From the sequence record ON190024.1: 64,000 nucleotides of DNA; one strand, written 5' to 3'. The notes under the pieces are model-generated. The model did no database searches. It was not told the origin of the DNA and worked only from the letters and a program-made list of their open reading frames with translations. Position numbers and translations under genes: made by a program. This document shows positions 32,884 through 43,317 of this stretch, piece by piece (position 1 is the first letter of the stretch; each line of letters begins with the position of its first letter).

Positions 32884-34842
32884 ATGACAACTAACTCGAA
32901 TTTGCCTGTTAGTTCTGGCTCGTTTGAGACAATCAAACAAGACCTTATTCAATATCTGAAAGGTCAAGACGAGTTCAAGGATTACGACTTTAAAGGTAGT
33001 CGCCTGAACGTACTAACAGATTTGCTTGCATACAACACAATGTATCTTCAGCACTACTCGAATGCAGCACTATTCGAGGGATTTATTCGCACTGCACAGA
33101 AACACAGCAGTGTGGTTCAGCACGCTCAAGATATGGGTTATGCGCCAAGCTCTTTGTCGGCAGCAACACATACTATCGGTATCAAAGCGTATCACGCTGA
33201 AAACCCAGTTGAGATCACATTAGGTACAGGTACTCGATTCAGCGCAGATGTTGATGGTGTTGATTACTACAGCTACATCGTATGGGAACCTCATATTCTA
33301 ATCGGTGCGAAACAAGATCCGCTCGATCCTGCGAGTCCCTTAGTGTATCAAGATCAGATTGATTTGGTTCAAGGAACACTAGGTCGCTATGAAACGATTT
33401 TCAGTGAAAGTGAGTCGATTACGATCAAAGACCCGGATTTAGACAGAAATTATGTTCGTGTGTTCGTAGATAATGCAGAATGGACTAACTGGACTGACAA
33501 ATCAATCGTGAACGTAACTGGTGGCTCGAATGTATTCTATCTTCGCGAAACAGTAGACGGGTACACTGAGGTTTACTTCGGCGAGGGTGTTCTGACTGAT
33601 TTTACCGAGAACGCAGGTGCATACAATCCCGGTTATATCGGTGGTTTGCGACCAATTGAAGGTCAGCGCATTCGTGTTCAATACGTGAAAACATCGGGAC
33701 CGCTTGCGAACGGTTCACAGCGTTTCACATGGGCAGATGACATCCCGAATTTCCAATTGGATGACAAGAACATCGACGATAATCCGAATAACGATGAGAA
33801 CTTCGTGGGATCTATCGGCGGTGGTTATGCTGAAGGCACAGAACGTATTAGAGAACTCGCACCGATTTTCCGCGAGTCGCAACGTCGATGCGTGACTAAA
33901 CTTGACTATGAAACGTTCGTTTCTCAGAAGTTCGGTAATATCGTTCAGGCTGTTCAAGCGTTCGGTAGTTCAGACAAGCCGGGATATGTGTTCATTTCGA
34001 TTAAACCGAAAAGCGGATTGACTCTGCCTCAAGTTGCTCGTAATGACATCGAAGAATATCTGAAAGAATTTAATATTGTAACAGTAACACCTAAAGTTGT
34101 TGACCCAGATTACTTGTACATCAAGCACAACCTGAGAATCAACTACCGTACCGGTTCATTGGCTGAGGGTGCTGACTATCTGAAAGCTCAGATCATCAAT
34201 GCGATTTCAGATTACTACTACAATGAAGTGGAGATTTTCAACGCATCGTTTCACGTGTCAAAGATGTTGAGCTACGTAGATGACGCGCACCCGTCTATTC
34301 TAGGTTCACGCTGTGACATCAGCTTGATTCGCGAATTGACCAACTTTGCACAAACTCCTATGAGTGGCTACAGTTTCTTGAACCCAATTACACCAGCAAC
34401 TGTGAAGTCCGAAGACATCACGTTTACCCCGGGTAATTACAAAGTTCAAATGAGAACAACTGAAGCTCGTACTGCGCCGACACAAGAAGATATTGGTACA
34501 ATTCTATTGGGTCCATTTGCAGCAGGTGACATCACAGCGCCAGTTGACCCAGAGACTGGCTTGCCAACTGGCGCATACACAGACAACGACTTTGATCGCG
34601 AAGTAATTGGCGGTCGCAGTCTATATTACCGTGTAGGTACAATTAACTACGCATCAGGCATGATGGACTATGACTTCATCAACTTGGGTATCAACTCATC
34701 AGATTGGGATGTTACTGGCAACCTGATCGTGTCAGCAACGCCAACACGTGTGAATATATACACAGATGACGGTAGCTTGATTGTATATGAGAACGAGCTG
34801 CGTCCTCAATACACAGACATCGTCCTAGAGGGTATTTCTTAA
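32884..34842 (+). CDS. 6: baseplate wedge gp6
   Basis: DYDFKGSRLNVLTDLLAYNT, QRRCVTKLDY. Confidence 0.93.
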   Translation: MTTNSNLPVSSGSFETIKQDLIQYLKGQDEFKDYDFKGSRLNVLTDLLAYNTMYLQHYSNAALFEGFIRTAQKHSSVVQHAQDMGYAPSSLSAATHTIGIKAYHAENPVEITLGTGTRFSADVDGVDYYSYIVWEPHILIGAKQDPLDPASPLVYQDQIDLVQGTLGRYETIFSESESITIKDPDLDRNYVRVFVDNAEWTNWTDKSIVNVTGGSNVFYLRETVDGYTEVYFGEGVLTDFTENAGAYNPGYIGGLRPIEGQRIRVQYVKTSGPLANGSQRFTWADDIPNFQLDDKNIDDNPNNDENFVGSIGGGYAEGTERIRELAPIFRESQRRCVTKLDYETFVSQKFGNIVQAVQAFGSSDKPGYVFISIKPKSGLTLPQVARNDIEEYLKEFNIVTVTPKVVDPDYLYIKHNLRINYRTGSLAEGADYLKAQIINAISDYYYNEVEIFNASFHVSKMLSYVDDAHPSILGSRCDISLIRELTNFAQTPMSGYSFLNPITPATVKSEDITFTPGNYKVQMRTTEARTAPTQEDIGTILLGPFAAGDITAPVDPETGLPTGAYTDNDFDREVIGGRSLYYRVGTINYASGMMDYDFINLGINSSDWDVTGNLIVSATPTRVNIYTDDGSLIVYENELRPQYTDIVLEGIS

Positions 34843-37800
34843 TGGCAAATGTATTACAGGCACCGCCAATTATGGAAGTGTCGATTAACAAATTGACACG
34901 AAACTATGCTGAACTTTCGTGGACAACCGTGGGTGAGAATTTCCGTTATGAAATTCACGTGCGCTCGGCGGTCAGTGCTGAACTGCTTTTAACGCAGCCT
35001 TTCGCGCCGTTATACCCAAACCCGTTCACGGCTGAAACACGTCTGTTTACAAACATTAACGAATCAGTGCGCTACTATCAGTGGCGCATTCGTTCAGTTT
35101 ATCAAGGATTTAATCCGAGTGAATGGATTCAGTCAGACATCGGTTACACGTCTGAAACAAACGATTACGATATTGTCACGCAAGACGAATTCACGCCGGC
35201 TAGTTCATTTATAGAAGCGCGTCTTAACAACGATAACGATCAGTATCTTAATAGCCGTAACCAGTTGCAAGCAACCTTAGTAAGACCAGGGTTTGAATTT
35301 GACCCAAATATGTTCAATGCTGATTCAGCCGCGTATTGGTTCGTTACTAACCCAGGATTTAGCGCAAATTACGGGAAAGTGCCGTCAGTTTGTCAGAGCA
35401 ATAGTCGAGTGATCCCGTCGGTGATCGACGATGTGATATATGCATTCGAGCGTTGGCAACAAGTTTGTAAAGTATCAAACGACGGTGGGAAAACATGGCA
35501 TACATACAAGGCAACCAACTCGCGTCTAGGTAGCCCTGTGTACGACTGTATCTGTAAGCAGTCTAACACGTTTAGTTATCTTCTAGGGTACGATTACCTT
35601 ATTCAGGGCGTTTCGTCTACTGACGTTGATTACTCGCACGATAACGGACTGGAATACTCACACGCTTCGGTTGATCTTACGTTCGATAAACTAGACTTTG
35701 ACTTGGGTTTTGGTTTTGATGTTGAGCGTTTCAAAGATCTTGCTATTTTACCACCACAAGTGCGTCATAAAGCAGATGCGTTCGGGGTTGATGATGTAAT
35801 GACCGTTGTAACATACGGAAACACATACGTATGGCACAACAATAGAATCCCGCGTATTTTCGACAACGTTCAATCTGACCTATACGGTGAACGTATTTTC
35901 GAAACAGTAGGTGAGCTTGACAATGAGCCGGTCTATTTCGAAGCTCGTATTGTTCAGAACGATATTAGTCGCCCAGATTTCGACGAAAATACTGCCGATG
36001 TTTGCGTGAAAAAGATTCAGTACTTTGATGATCCTGAGCAAGGTCTTGATTATCAAGATGGTCACATGTATGCGCTGGTTATAGGTGAGTGGGAGCATGA
36101 TAGTAACGGCAAACGAATCGGAACTTCTGATCCAAATGAGATTCGCGGCGTATATCGTCTGAATCGCACCGCTATCATGAACGGCGACATCGTTGTAGGC
36201 TATTCAGGTCTATCTTGGGAGCGCGTATACGGTAATATTGCTGAAGAGCGTTTGCTGCTAAACGAACGTTCGGTTATTTCTCGCGATAACACTCATCTAA
36301 TCGTTGGGCATGACTTGACAAAGAACTATGGTGAAGAAGGCAACCCTGCTTATGATAATCGTCAAGAATCTAGCGGCGCGCCTGGCAACTATCACTCAAC
36401 TCTCGGTAGCAATTACGGCACAGTCGATGACCCGTACCTAGTTGCAGACAACGATGAAGTTGACGAAGCAGTTCGCATGTTTACTAAGCCGTTCTTTACG
36501 ACTTATGTTAAGCCGATGACTCAGATTATCGCAACGAAAGACGGGAATACGTGGGATTATAAGCCACAAGATTACTACGGTTCAGCGCACTTTAACTGGA
36601 TGCAGCGTGCAGAAACGCGAGATTGGAAATCGTGGGCAAACGAAATCATGTACTACAAGAAAGAGTCTATCTTCCGCCATGATTTTGCTGATCTTGATGA
36701 TGTTCGTTGGAAAGAAACGTTTAACGAAGGCGAATACACATTTGAAGCACCGAACTTATCTATTTTCGGTTTCAATGGGTATGCGGCAGGTGCAATCATT
36801 CACTCAAAGAATGATAACAAAGTGATTGGTTACTACAAGTTCCCTTATCGCGTTGACATCACCGCACCGATTCGTTGGTCGCCAGAGCGTCGTGTGATAA
36901 CTGCTAGTCTGTCAAATTACACACCTGTAATCATCGAGCCGCCAGCAGAAGATCCAACGACTATGCTCGATCCTACGTTGACGCCACTGATTTACAAAAT
37001 GATGCCAGAAAATTACTTAGATGCAGACGGATTTTACAAACAATTCGCGAAGCACTATTTAGATTTCATCAGTAAAGGTGACGGGACAGCGTATAATAAC
37101 GTGTACAACTTGTTGAACAGCAAAAACCCGTTAGACGATCATTATACTGAATACTTGCACAAGCTTGTATATGAGCGAAATCGTATCTTAGAGCCAGAGA
37201 AGCGCGACGCAGTTGTTAAGTTCTTCTTAGCACGCAGAGCAGACTTTTACAGCACGAAGGGTATTTTGGACTCATACAAGTTTCTGTTCAAGTTACTGTA
37301 CAACGAAGATGTTGAAGTTGAGATTGAATCGCTTAACACATTTGAGTATGCAATTGTGGTGAATTCAAATGATGTAACAGATGATATTGTCGGTCGACGT
37401 ATCTACTCAGGTACAGGCAATGCGGATGTTACGTATATCTCTAGACATTACATTGAGGGTAAACGTTACTGGAAATTGACGTTGAACAACTTAATCGGTG
37501 AATTGAACATCGGTGATGTTTTGTCAATTGACGGTCTGGATTTTACCGCTACCGCGATCACTCGCGTACAAGGTGAACGAATCGACTACGACTCAAACGA
37601 GTTCTTAGATCGAAGCAAGTCATACTACGTGATGAAATTGCGTTCTGAAATGCAATTGAGTCAGTACAAAGATGATGTAATTCGATTTGTGCATCCAATT
37701 GGATTTGGGTTTTTGGGTATTACGCTACTAACCGTACTGATCAATCATGGTATCTCAGTAGAGCACCATGAAACAATCGTTGATTCGTATCGTTTGATTA

Positions 37801-38339
37801 GATACGACAATGGTATCGGTCTAAACTTCACAGAAGAAACGTCATTACTTGACATGTATGAAGAGCGTGTTTACAACTCGTTCGGTGAGCTTCAAGTGAA
37901 GCCGCATCCGTTAGCTCTTGAAAATCCGTTAGACCATGTGATTCATGATCGTATTCTGAACACGCAAGGCGTGACAATCACAGAATACAACGACTACTGG
38001 CGTAATGATCGCGTAATCGCCCTTGACGAATCGGTTGCGATTGATGAGCAACGATATATAGAGACAGATACGGGTGATATTAATGACATTTGGGGTGGGA
38101 AACAGCGCGTTCTTAACCCGAATTACAACCCAACTGCGAAAATTCAACCAGCAGACGCGAACAACTCAGAGCAATGGGGAATGACGCCGTACGAACGTGC
38201 GCCTGCATTCATGTTTGACTGGTCGACAGGGGCAACGAGTATTTCAGATATGTACGAGGATACTGACTACAGACTGAAAGACAACGTAGGTAACCCATAC
38301 GACCCAGAAACGCCGACTCAAAAACAAATAGGTGAATAA
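34842..38339 (+). CDS. 7: baseplate wedge gp7
   Basis: 1165 aa between 6 and 8; FYSTKGILDSYKFLFKLLYNEDV, VHPIGFGF. Confidence 0.88.
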   Translation: MANVLQAPPIMEVSINKLTRNYAELSWTTVGENFRYEIHVRSAVSAELLLTQPFAPLYPNPFTAETRLFTNINESVRYYQWRIRSVYQGFNPSEWIQSDIGYTSETNDYDIVTQDEFTPASSFIEARLNNDNDQYLNSRNQLQATLVRPGFEFDPNMFNADSAAYWFVTNPGFSANYGKVPSVCQSNSRVIPSVIDDVIYAFERWQQVCKVSNDGGKTWHTYKATNSRLGSPVYDCICKQSNTFSYLLGYDYLIQGVSSTDVDYSHDNGLEYSHASVDLTFDKLDFDLGFGFDVERFKDLAILPPQVRHKADAFGVDDVMTVVTYGNTYVWHNNRIPRIFDNVQSDLYGERIFETVGELDNEPVYFEARIVQNDISRPDFDENTADVCVKKIQYFDDPEQGLDYQDGHMYALVIGEWEHDSNGKRIGTSDPNEIRGVYRLNRTAIMNGDIVVGYSGLSWERVYGNIAEERLLLNERSVISRDNTHLIVGHDLTKNYGEEGNPAYDNRQESSGAPGNYHSTLGSNYGTVDDPYLVADNDEVDEAVRMFTKPFFTTYVKPMTQIIATKDGNTWDYKPQDYYGSAHFNWMQRAETRDWKSWANEIMYYKKESIFRHDFADLDDVRWKETFNEGEYTFEAPNLSIFGFNGYAAGAIIHSKNDNKVIGYYKFPYRVDITAPIRWSPERRVITASLSNYTPVIIEPPAEDPTTMLDPTLTPLIYKMMPENYLDADGFYKQFAKHYLDFISKGDGTAYNNVYNLLNSKNPLDDHYTEYLHKLVYERNRILEPEKRDAVVKFFLARRADFYSTKGILDSYKFLFKLLYNEDVEVEIESLNTFEYAIVVNSNDVTDDIVGRRIYSGTGNADVTYISRHYIEGKRYWKLTLNNLIGELNIGDVLSIDGLDFTATAITRVQGERIDYDSNEFLDRSKSYYVMKLRSEMQLSQYKDDVIRFVHPIGFGFLGITLLTVLINHGISVEHHETIVDSYRLIRYDNGIGLNFTEETSLLDMYEERVYNSFGELQVKPHPLALENPLDHVIHDRILNTQGVTITEYNDYWRNDRVIALDESVAIDEQRYIETDTGDINDIWGGKQRVLNPNYNPTAKIQPADANNSEQWGMTPYERAPAFMFDWSTGATSISDMYEDTDYRLKDNVGNPYDPETPTQKQIGE

Positions 38340-39363
38340 AGTGGCAAAAATTTACAGATCAACAATCACAACAGAATATCGAGTTAACAACTTGATGAAC
38401 TTCTACGAAAACGTAGGTGATGAAGACGACAAGAACACAATTTACCTTATGTTCGGTCGTAATGAGCCTTGGTCAGAACGCGAAGATGAAATAAACTTCG
38501 CGCCACCTTACCCGAACGACAGCCCAGACGGAAAAGCCGACGTTTGGGCGCGTGCGCTCGGTCTGATCAAGATTCCAAAATCACAGCTTCGCCCTGTTCT
38601 TCCTCGTAAGGACTGGGGCGACCCTGATTTGAATAACTCGCTTCGATTCACATTCGGTGATATTGTAACAGTTAACACTATGCCGATCAATAGTCACCCA
38701 AGTGCATTGAACGGCTACATGGTTTATCGTTGCATAGACATCCCAGAAACAGACCCGAACAACACAAACATTCGCGGTACGTGTTCGATTGCGACAGTAA
38801 CGAACAAAAATGACTGTGTAGCAGTCGGCGGTGAATGGAATGCACCGTCATCACCAGGTAACCAAGAAAACATCCCACACGGCACAGGGAATGCAATCGA
38901 AACAGGTGATGGGTACGTATGGGAATATCTTTACACTATTCCACCGAGTGAAGTTCTTACGAACGTAACTCAAGAATACATCGTTTGCCCGTTCCCTGAA
39001 GACATTATCGCTGATCGTGTTGCATGGGGTCTAGATCAGAACATCGTTTTCAATGAAAACTACGATGAGACGATTTACAGTGTAGGCGCAGTGCAGTTGC
39101 GTTTTCGAGCTAAACTAGCAGGTGCAGACTTCATTCACTTGTTTGGTCCCGGCAATCAGGGCTATCGCCAGATTTCGCTGGTTCAAAACCCGTTGCTAGT
39201 TCGAGAAGAAGGCGCAACGTCGGATACGAAAGCGACTGAAACACGTTATGACCCACACGAGATTCAAGCAGGGACTGGTCAGATAATTTACATGGAAAAT
39301 CGCCAGCCGATTCGTAAAACACTTGACCAAGTAGAAGAGTTCAACTTGATCTACAACTTCTAA
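38332..39363 (+). CDS. 8: baseplate wedge gp8
   Basis: YMVYRCID, GDGYVWEYLYTIP, IIYMENRQPI. Confidence 0.9.
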   Translation: MNKVAKIYRSTITTEYRVNNLMNFYENVGDEDDKNTIYLMFGRNEPWSEREDEINFAPPYPNDSPDGKADVWARALGLIKIPKSQLRPVLPRKDWGDPDLNNSLRFTFGDIVTVNTMPINSHPSALNGYMVYRCIDIPETDPNNTNIRGTCSIATVTNKNDCVAVGGEWNAPSSPGNQENIPHGTGNAIETGDGYVWEYLYTIPPSEVLTNVTQEYIVCPFPEDIIADRVAWGLDQNIVFNENYDETIYSVGAVQLRFRAKLAGADFIHLFGPGNQGYRQISLVQNPLLVREEGATSDTKATETRYDPHEIQAGTGQIIYMENRQPIRKTLDQVEEFNLIYNF

Positions 39364-39418
39364 TAAATAAAGTAAACAACTCATTAGGCGCGTGTTCGCG
39401 CCTTTCTTGGAGATTAAG

Positions 39419-40375
39419 ATGGGACGACAAAGATTAGAAACTGGTACTGCGGGTTCGGTTGGTACTGGTGATACAATTCACAACGGTGGTAATAAGCTGC
39501 GTGACAACTCTGACGAGTTCTACCACATTAACGCAGACTTTGAACTAACTGAAGCAGGTGAAAACTATATCCCTGCTTACAATGACACGTCGCCACGCCC
39601 TTTTGCAGGTGGCTATTGGCAGAGAATTCCGCCAAGCTCAACTGCGGGTGGTTCAGGTGGACCGAACAACACTAACTTGCTAACATCAATCATTACTGGT
39701 GGTAAGTATGACATCGACACGTCAGCACTAGGCGGCGGGGCATCAATGACATTAAACTTGCCGAAAATCGGTACAACAGCGGGTATGGCAAAGCGCGGTG
39801 AGAGAATTGAATTTCAAAACACGACTGCGACTCTAGACACAAACCCGATTGTTATCGCACCATCAGCAGGTGATGCAATTGTTGGTGCGACTGAACTAAA
39901 CGGCACACAAATCGTTCGTAACAATTACTGCCACATAATCTGTACAGTAATTGATGATGGTACTGGTCTAGCAGGCACACCTCAGTGGGGTATTAAAATC
40001 ATCCCAATTTTAGGTGACTTCGGTGCGCCAGTTAACGACACGATTTACACAATCCCAGAGACAGTGACAGTCACAATGCCGCTATTTGATACTTTATCGT
40101 ATGCAGCGTGTAAGTTGATGGTTTACGCAGAAAACAGCGACCCAGCTCAGGGTGGTGCGGTTACTCGTCGTATGTCATCAGAATTGTTGCTGCTAAATAA
40201 TGTAACAGACGTTTATATTGATGAATACTCAGTAATCAATACAGACAAAGATTTCGGTAACTTGGTTCTAATTGAACCGCGAGTTGATAACGGAACAATC
40301 GTTCTCGATATTACATCAAATGACGATAACGTGTCAATTTCAATCAAATCTATCGAAACAATCAGACTATCGTAA
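39419..40375 (+). CDS. 9: baseplate gp9 (long tail fibre connector)
   Basis: GTGDTIHNGGNKLRDN N-terminal motif; position. Confidence 0.8.
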   Translation: MGRQRLETGTAGSVGTGDTIHNGGNKLRDNSDEFYHINADFELTEAGENYIPAYNDTSPRPFAGGYWQRIPPSSTAGGSGGPNNTNLLTSIITGGKYDIDTSALGGGASMTLNLPKIGTTAGMAKRGERIEFQNTTATLDTNPIVIAPSAGDAIVGATELNGTQIVRNNYCHIICTVIDDGTGLAGTPQWGIKIIPILGDFGAPVNDTIYTIPETVTVTMPLFDTLSYAACKLMVYAENSDPAQGGAVTRRMSSELLLLNNVTDVYIDEYSVINTDKDFGNLVLIEPRVDNGTIVLDITSNDDNVSISIKSIETIRLS

Positions 40376-40384
40376 GGGACAATA

Positions 40385-42631
40385 ATGAAACAGACGATCA
40401 ACGTCGGGCAAATTGTTGATGACGGTACTGGTGATTACCTACGACAAGGTGGCATTAAGACCCGTGACAATTTCGACGAAATATACAGTCACTTAGGCGA
40501 CGGTAGCAGGCTCTATGCTGCCGGTGCTTGGCGCAATTGGAAATTTGCTTCTACATATCTAAACGGTGATACATCGTACAACCCTGCTAACGCTGAACTG
40601 TATTTCGACGAGAACGGCGATGGTCAGGGTCCTGAACTACATACGAATTTCGGCGAGTCATGGACAGTCGATACGTCGCTTGGTGCAGTCGATGTGTATC
40701 TCCCAAGTGGTGTTGAAGAAGCAGACTACGGTAAAGCGATTCGCGTTCGTGATGTTAAGGGTACATGGGACAAACAGCTTGTAACAATATACCCAGATTC
40801 GAAAGACTCAATCAAACGTGTTGCAGGTTCAACTCAGAACGAACTAGGCTCAGGTGCTGAATTCAGCAACGCATATCAAGATCTTGAGCTAGTGTTTACG
40901 CCACCCCGCCATTGGGAATATGTTGCTCAGAAATACGTAAACGGGCTGACATTTGGCGATGTTCCGAGCGTATTACGTCGTGCAATTATTGCACGTCAAG
41001 ATCAGCGTGATTTCAACATGTCACTTGAATTGAATGGTGGCGTGTACAACCAAGCCGCGGTTGAAGTATACCGTCGCGGTAACTTGCTGTACTTCGGAAA
41101 CGACCTAAATGACTTCAGTGACTACGGATCAGTTCCGCTTCACACAGTCGAACCGTGGGTTGCTAATAACCCTGAAACGTATTACGTAGGTGACTTAGTT
41201 CGCGGTGACGTGGTTACAGGTCGTGATGACCGAGTATGGCAGTGTATTGTTGAACACAACAGCATCGGTACGTGGGAAGAGAACAACTGGGCGGAATTTG
41301 CAGATTTTCCTGATTATCAACCACATGCAGGTTCAACTGCATATTCAGTAGGTGATGTGGTTACTCAAGTTGTAGGCGGTTTTGTTCAAACATTTGAATG
41401 CTTGATTTCACACACATCAGCGGCGGGTACAACTGACTTAACTACTGATAATCGCTGGAAGCAATTGACAAATGACGACTTAGCACCACTTGATGGGCGT
41501 ACAATCCGTCTTCGATTGCCTGCAAATGAAGCAGACCCGGTCGCAATGGTCACTTATTTGAGTGACGTATCGAGCTTCCGTAGCAGTTATGTTCTGAAGT
41601 CAATCAAAGTGATTGATGAAAATAACTATGGCGTTCAAGAATCACCGGGCGCGGTTGTTAAAAAAGATTTCGTACCGGGAATGCAAGTTACACTATCAGA
41701 TTTTGGTCTGCCTGAATATACTCAGTTCAATACAGAAACTCTTGAAGTTCTCCTGAACGGTACTCAGTTGACAAAATCAAACACTGCGGGTAATGGTGAC
41801 AGTCAGAACGGCGGTGATTATGATTATGACTACATTCAAGATACTGAAGGGCGCTGGAATACAATCGTGTTTGCAGAAGCATTAGCTGATAGTGATGTAA
41901 TCACAGTCAGATGGTACGATAACGTAATCGGAACGCTTTTGACGTGGGATGAAGGCGATGACAACTTGCAAGAGCGTACACGTGAGATTTTCGTTTCTCG
42001 TGACGACTGGGCAGACGTTCGTCGATTCAACAAGATCATTTACACTGATCCACAAAACCCGTCTGCGGCTGTTACTGAAGTTCTACCGGACCCAGAGACA
42101 TTTGCACCGGGCGGAACGCTAGTTTCGTTATTTGAAAGTATCTTCCCGATTGGCTCAGTGTATACGAATGCAAACAACCCGAACAACCCCGCCGATTACA
42201 TGGGATTCGGTACTTGGGTTCGCTATGCGCCAGGTCGTACAATCGTGGGATGGAACCCAAATGATGATGGGAAATTCCATCGAAACAATAACAACGAAAA
42301 CATTGTTCAAGCAGGTGGTACAGGCGGTTCGATTGGTGTGACTCTTACTAAAGAGAACATCCCTGAGCTAATAAGTACAACAAACCCTGACTACAACAGT
42401 GAAGGCGAACGCGACATTGGAAATGTCAACGAGCAATATAGCTTAGTTGCGCGTTCAGCAACATCGGGTGGTGACATTAACTTGAACGGCTGTCTTGGTG
42501 ACCCAGAGAACACAGTTCCTCTAGCTTACTACAAAGAAGAGCCAATCAAAGTCAACCACGGTCAAATCGCACAAGCAGTTGACGTAACTCAGCCATACAT
42601 CACTGCATACACTTGGTTAAGGACTGCATAA
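40385..42631 (+). CDS. 10: baseplate wedge/pin gp10
   Basis: MKQTINVGQIVDDGTGDYLRQGGIK, FPIGSVY, QPYITAYTWLRTA. Confidence 0.92.
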   Translation: MKQTINVGQIVDDGTGDYLRQGGIKTRDNFDEIYSHLGDGSRLYAAGAWRNWKFASTYLNGDTSYNPANAELYFDENGDGQGPELHTNFGESWTVDTSLGAVDVYLPSGVEEADYGKAIRVRDVKGTWDKQLVTIYPDSKDSIKRVAGSTQNELGSGAEFSNAYQDLELVFTPPRHWEYVAQKYVNGLTFGDVPSVLRRAIIARQDQRDFNMSLELNGGVYNQAAVEVYRRGNLLYFGNDLNDFSDYGSVPLHTVEPWVANNPETYYVGDLVRGDVVTGRDDRVWQCIVEHNSIGTWEENNWAEFADFPDYQPHAGSTAYSVGDVVTQVVGGFVQTFECLISHTSAAGTTDLTTDNRWKQLTNDDLAPLDGRTIRLRLPANEADPVAMVTYLSDVSSFRSSYVLKSIKVIDENNYGVQESPGAVVKKDFVPGMQVTLSDFGLPEYTQFNTETLEVLLNGTQLTKSNTAGNGDSQNGGDYDYDYIQDTEGRWNTIVFAEALADSDVITVRWYDNVIGTLLTWDEGDDNLQERTREIFVSRDDWADVRRFNKIIYTDPQNPSAAVTEVLPDPETFAPGGTLVSLFESIFPIGSVYTNANNPNNPADYMGFGTWVRYAPGRTIVGWNPNDDGKFHRNNNNENIVQAGGTGGSIGVTLTKENIPELISTTNPDYNSEGERDIGNVNEQYSLVARSATSGGDINLNGCLGDPENTVPLAYYKEEPIKVNHGQIAQAVDVTQPYITAYTWLRTA

Positions 42632-43317
42632 TGACAACTAAAGCAAGACATGCGTCACGAGTGTGGAGCAATGACTCGCGCATGAAGATTTTCGATCAAA
42701 CAGCAATTGACGACTCGGGTTTATTCCCGGGTGGTCGCTTCAATTTCCGCGGTGCGGTATTAGGCGATTCAACAATTGACGAAATTCAAGAAGGCGCGTG
42801 GGACCCGAACGTTCAAGCTGCGATCATGCAGCTTGCAATGGCAGCAATTTTGCCAGTCGGTACTATTATCTCGTCAACAGACGCAACGAACCCGTTTAAC
42901 ACGAACCAGTTCAACGAAACAATTACATTCACTGGGACTTCGGCAGTTGATAACATCAGCTTATATGGCGTTTCAGTGCAGTTGACTGTAGGCGATTCGG
43001 ATAATGACATTGCAGAAAAAGTTTTCACGGCTCTGCACGCATCGAATCTGTTTGACACTGTTCCGACAGATCACGTCGCACCGTCAAACACGTTTCTATT
43101 GAAGCACCGCAGTTCTAGACCGCACAATCCTGCGTACTCAACGACGTTTGAAGACATTTTAGACCCAGAAGGTAGTCCAACTGGGATTCAAGCTAAAAGC
43201 GTCGTCACGGGTTCGTCAGACGGTCAGAAGAGCTTAGGTTACGGGGAATGGGAATTGTATCACACTGATACAACAACATTCACTGATACTGTATATTACT
43301 ACAGAAGGATTGCATAA
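42631..43317 (+). CDS. 11: baseplate gp11 (short fibre connector)
   Basis: Position between 10 and 12; ends YYYRRIA. Confidence 0.75.
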   Translation: MTTKARHASRVWSNDSRMKIFDQTAIDDSGLFPGGRFNFRGAVLGDSTIDEIQEGAWDPNVQAAIMQLAMAAILPVGTIISSTDATNPFNTNQFNETITFTGTSAVDNISLYGVSVQLTVGDSDNDIAEKVFTALHASNLFDTVPTDHVAPSNTFLLKHRSSRPHNPAYSTTFEDILDPEGSPTGIQAKSVVTGSSDGQKSLGYGEWELYHTDTTTFTDTVYYYRRIA

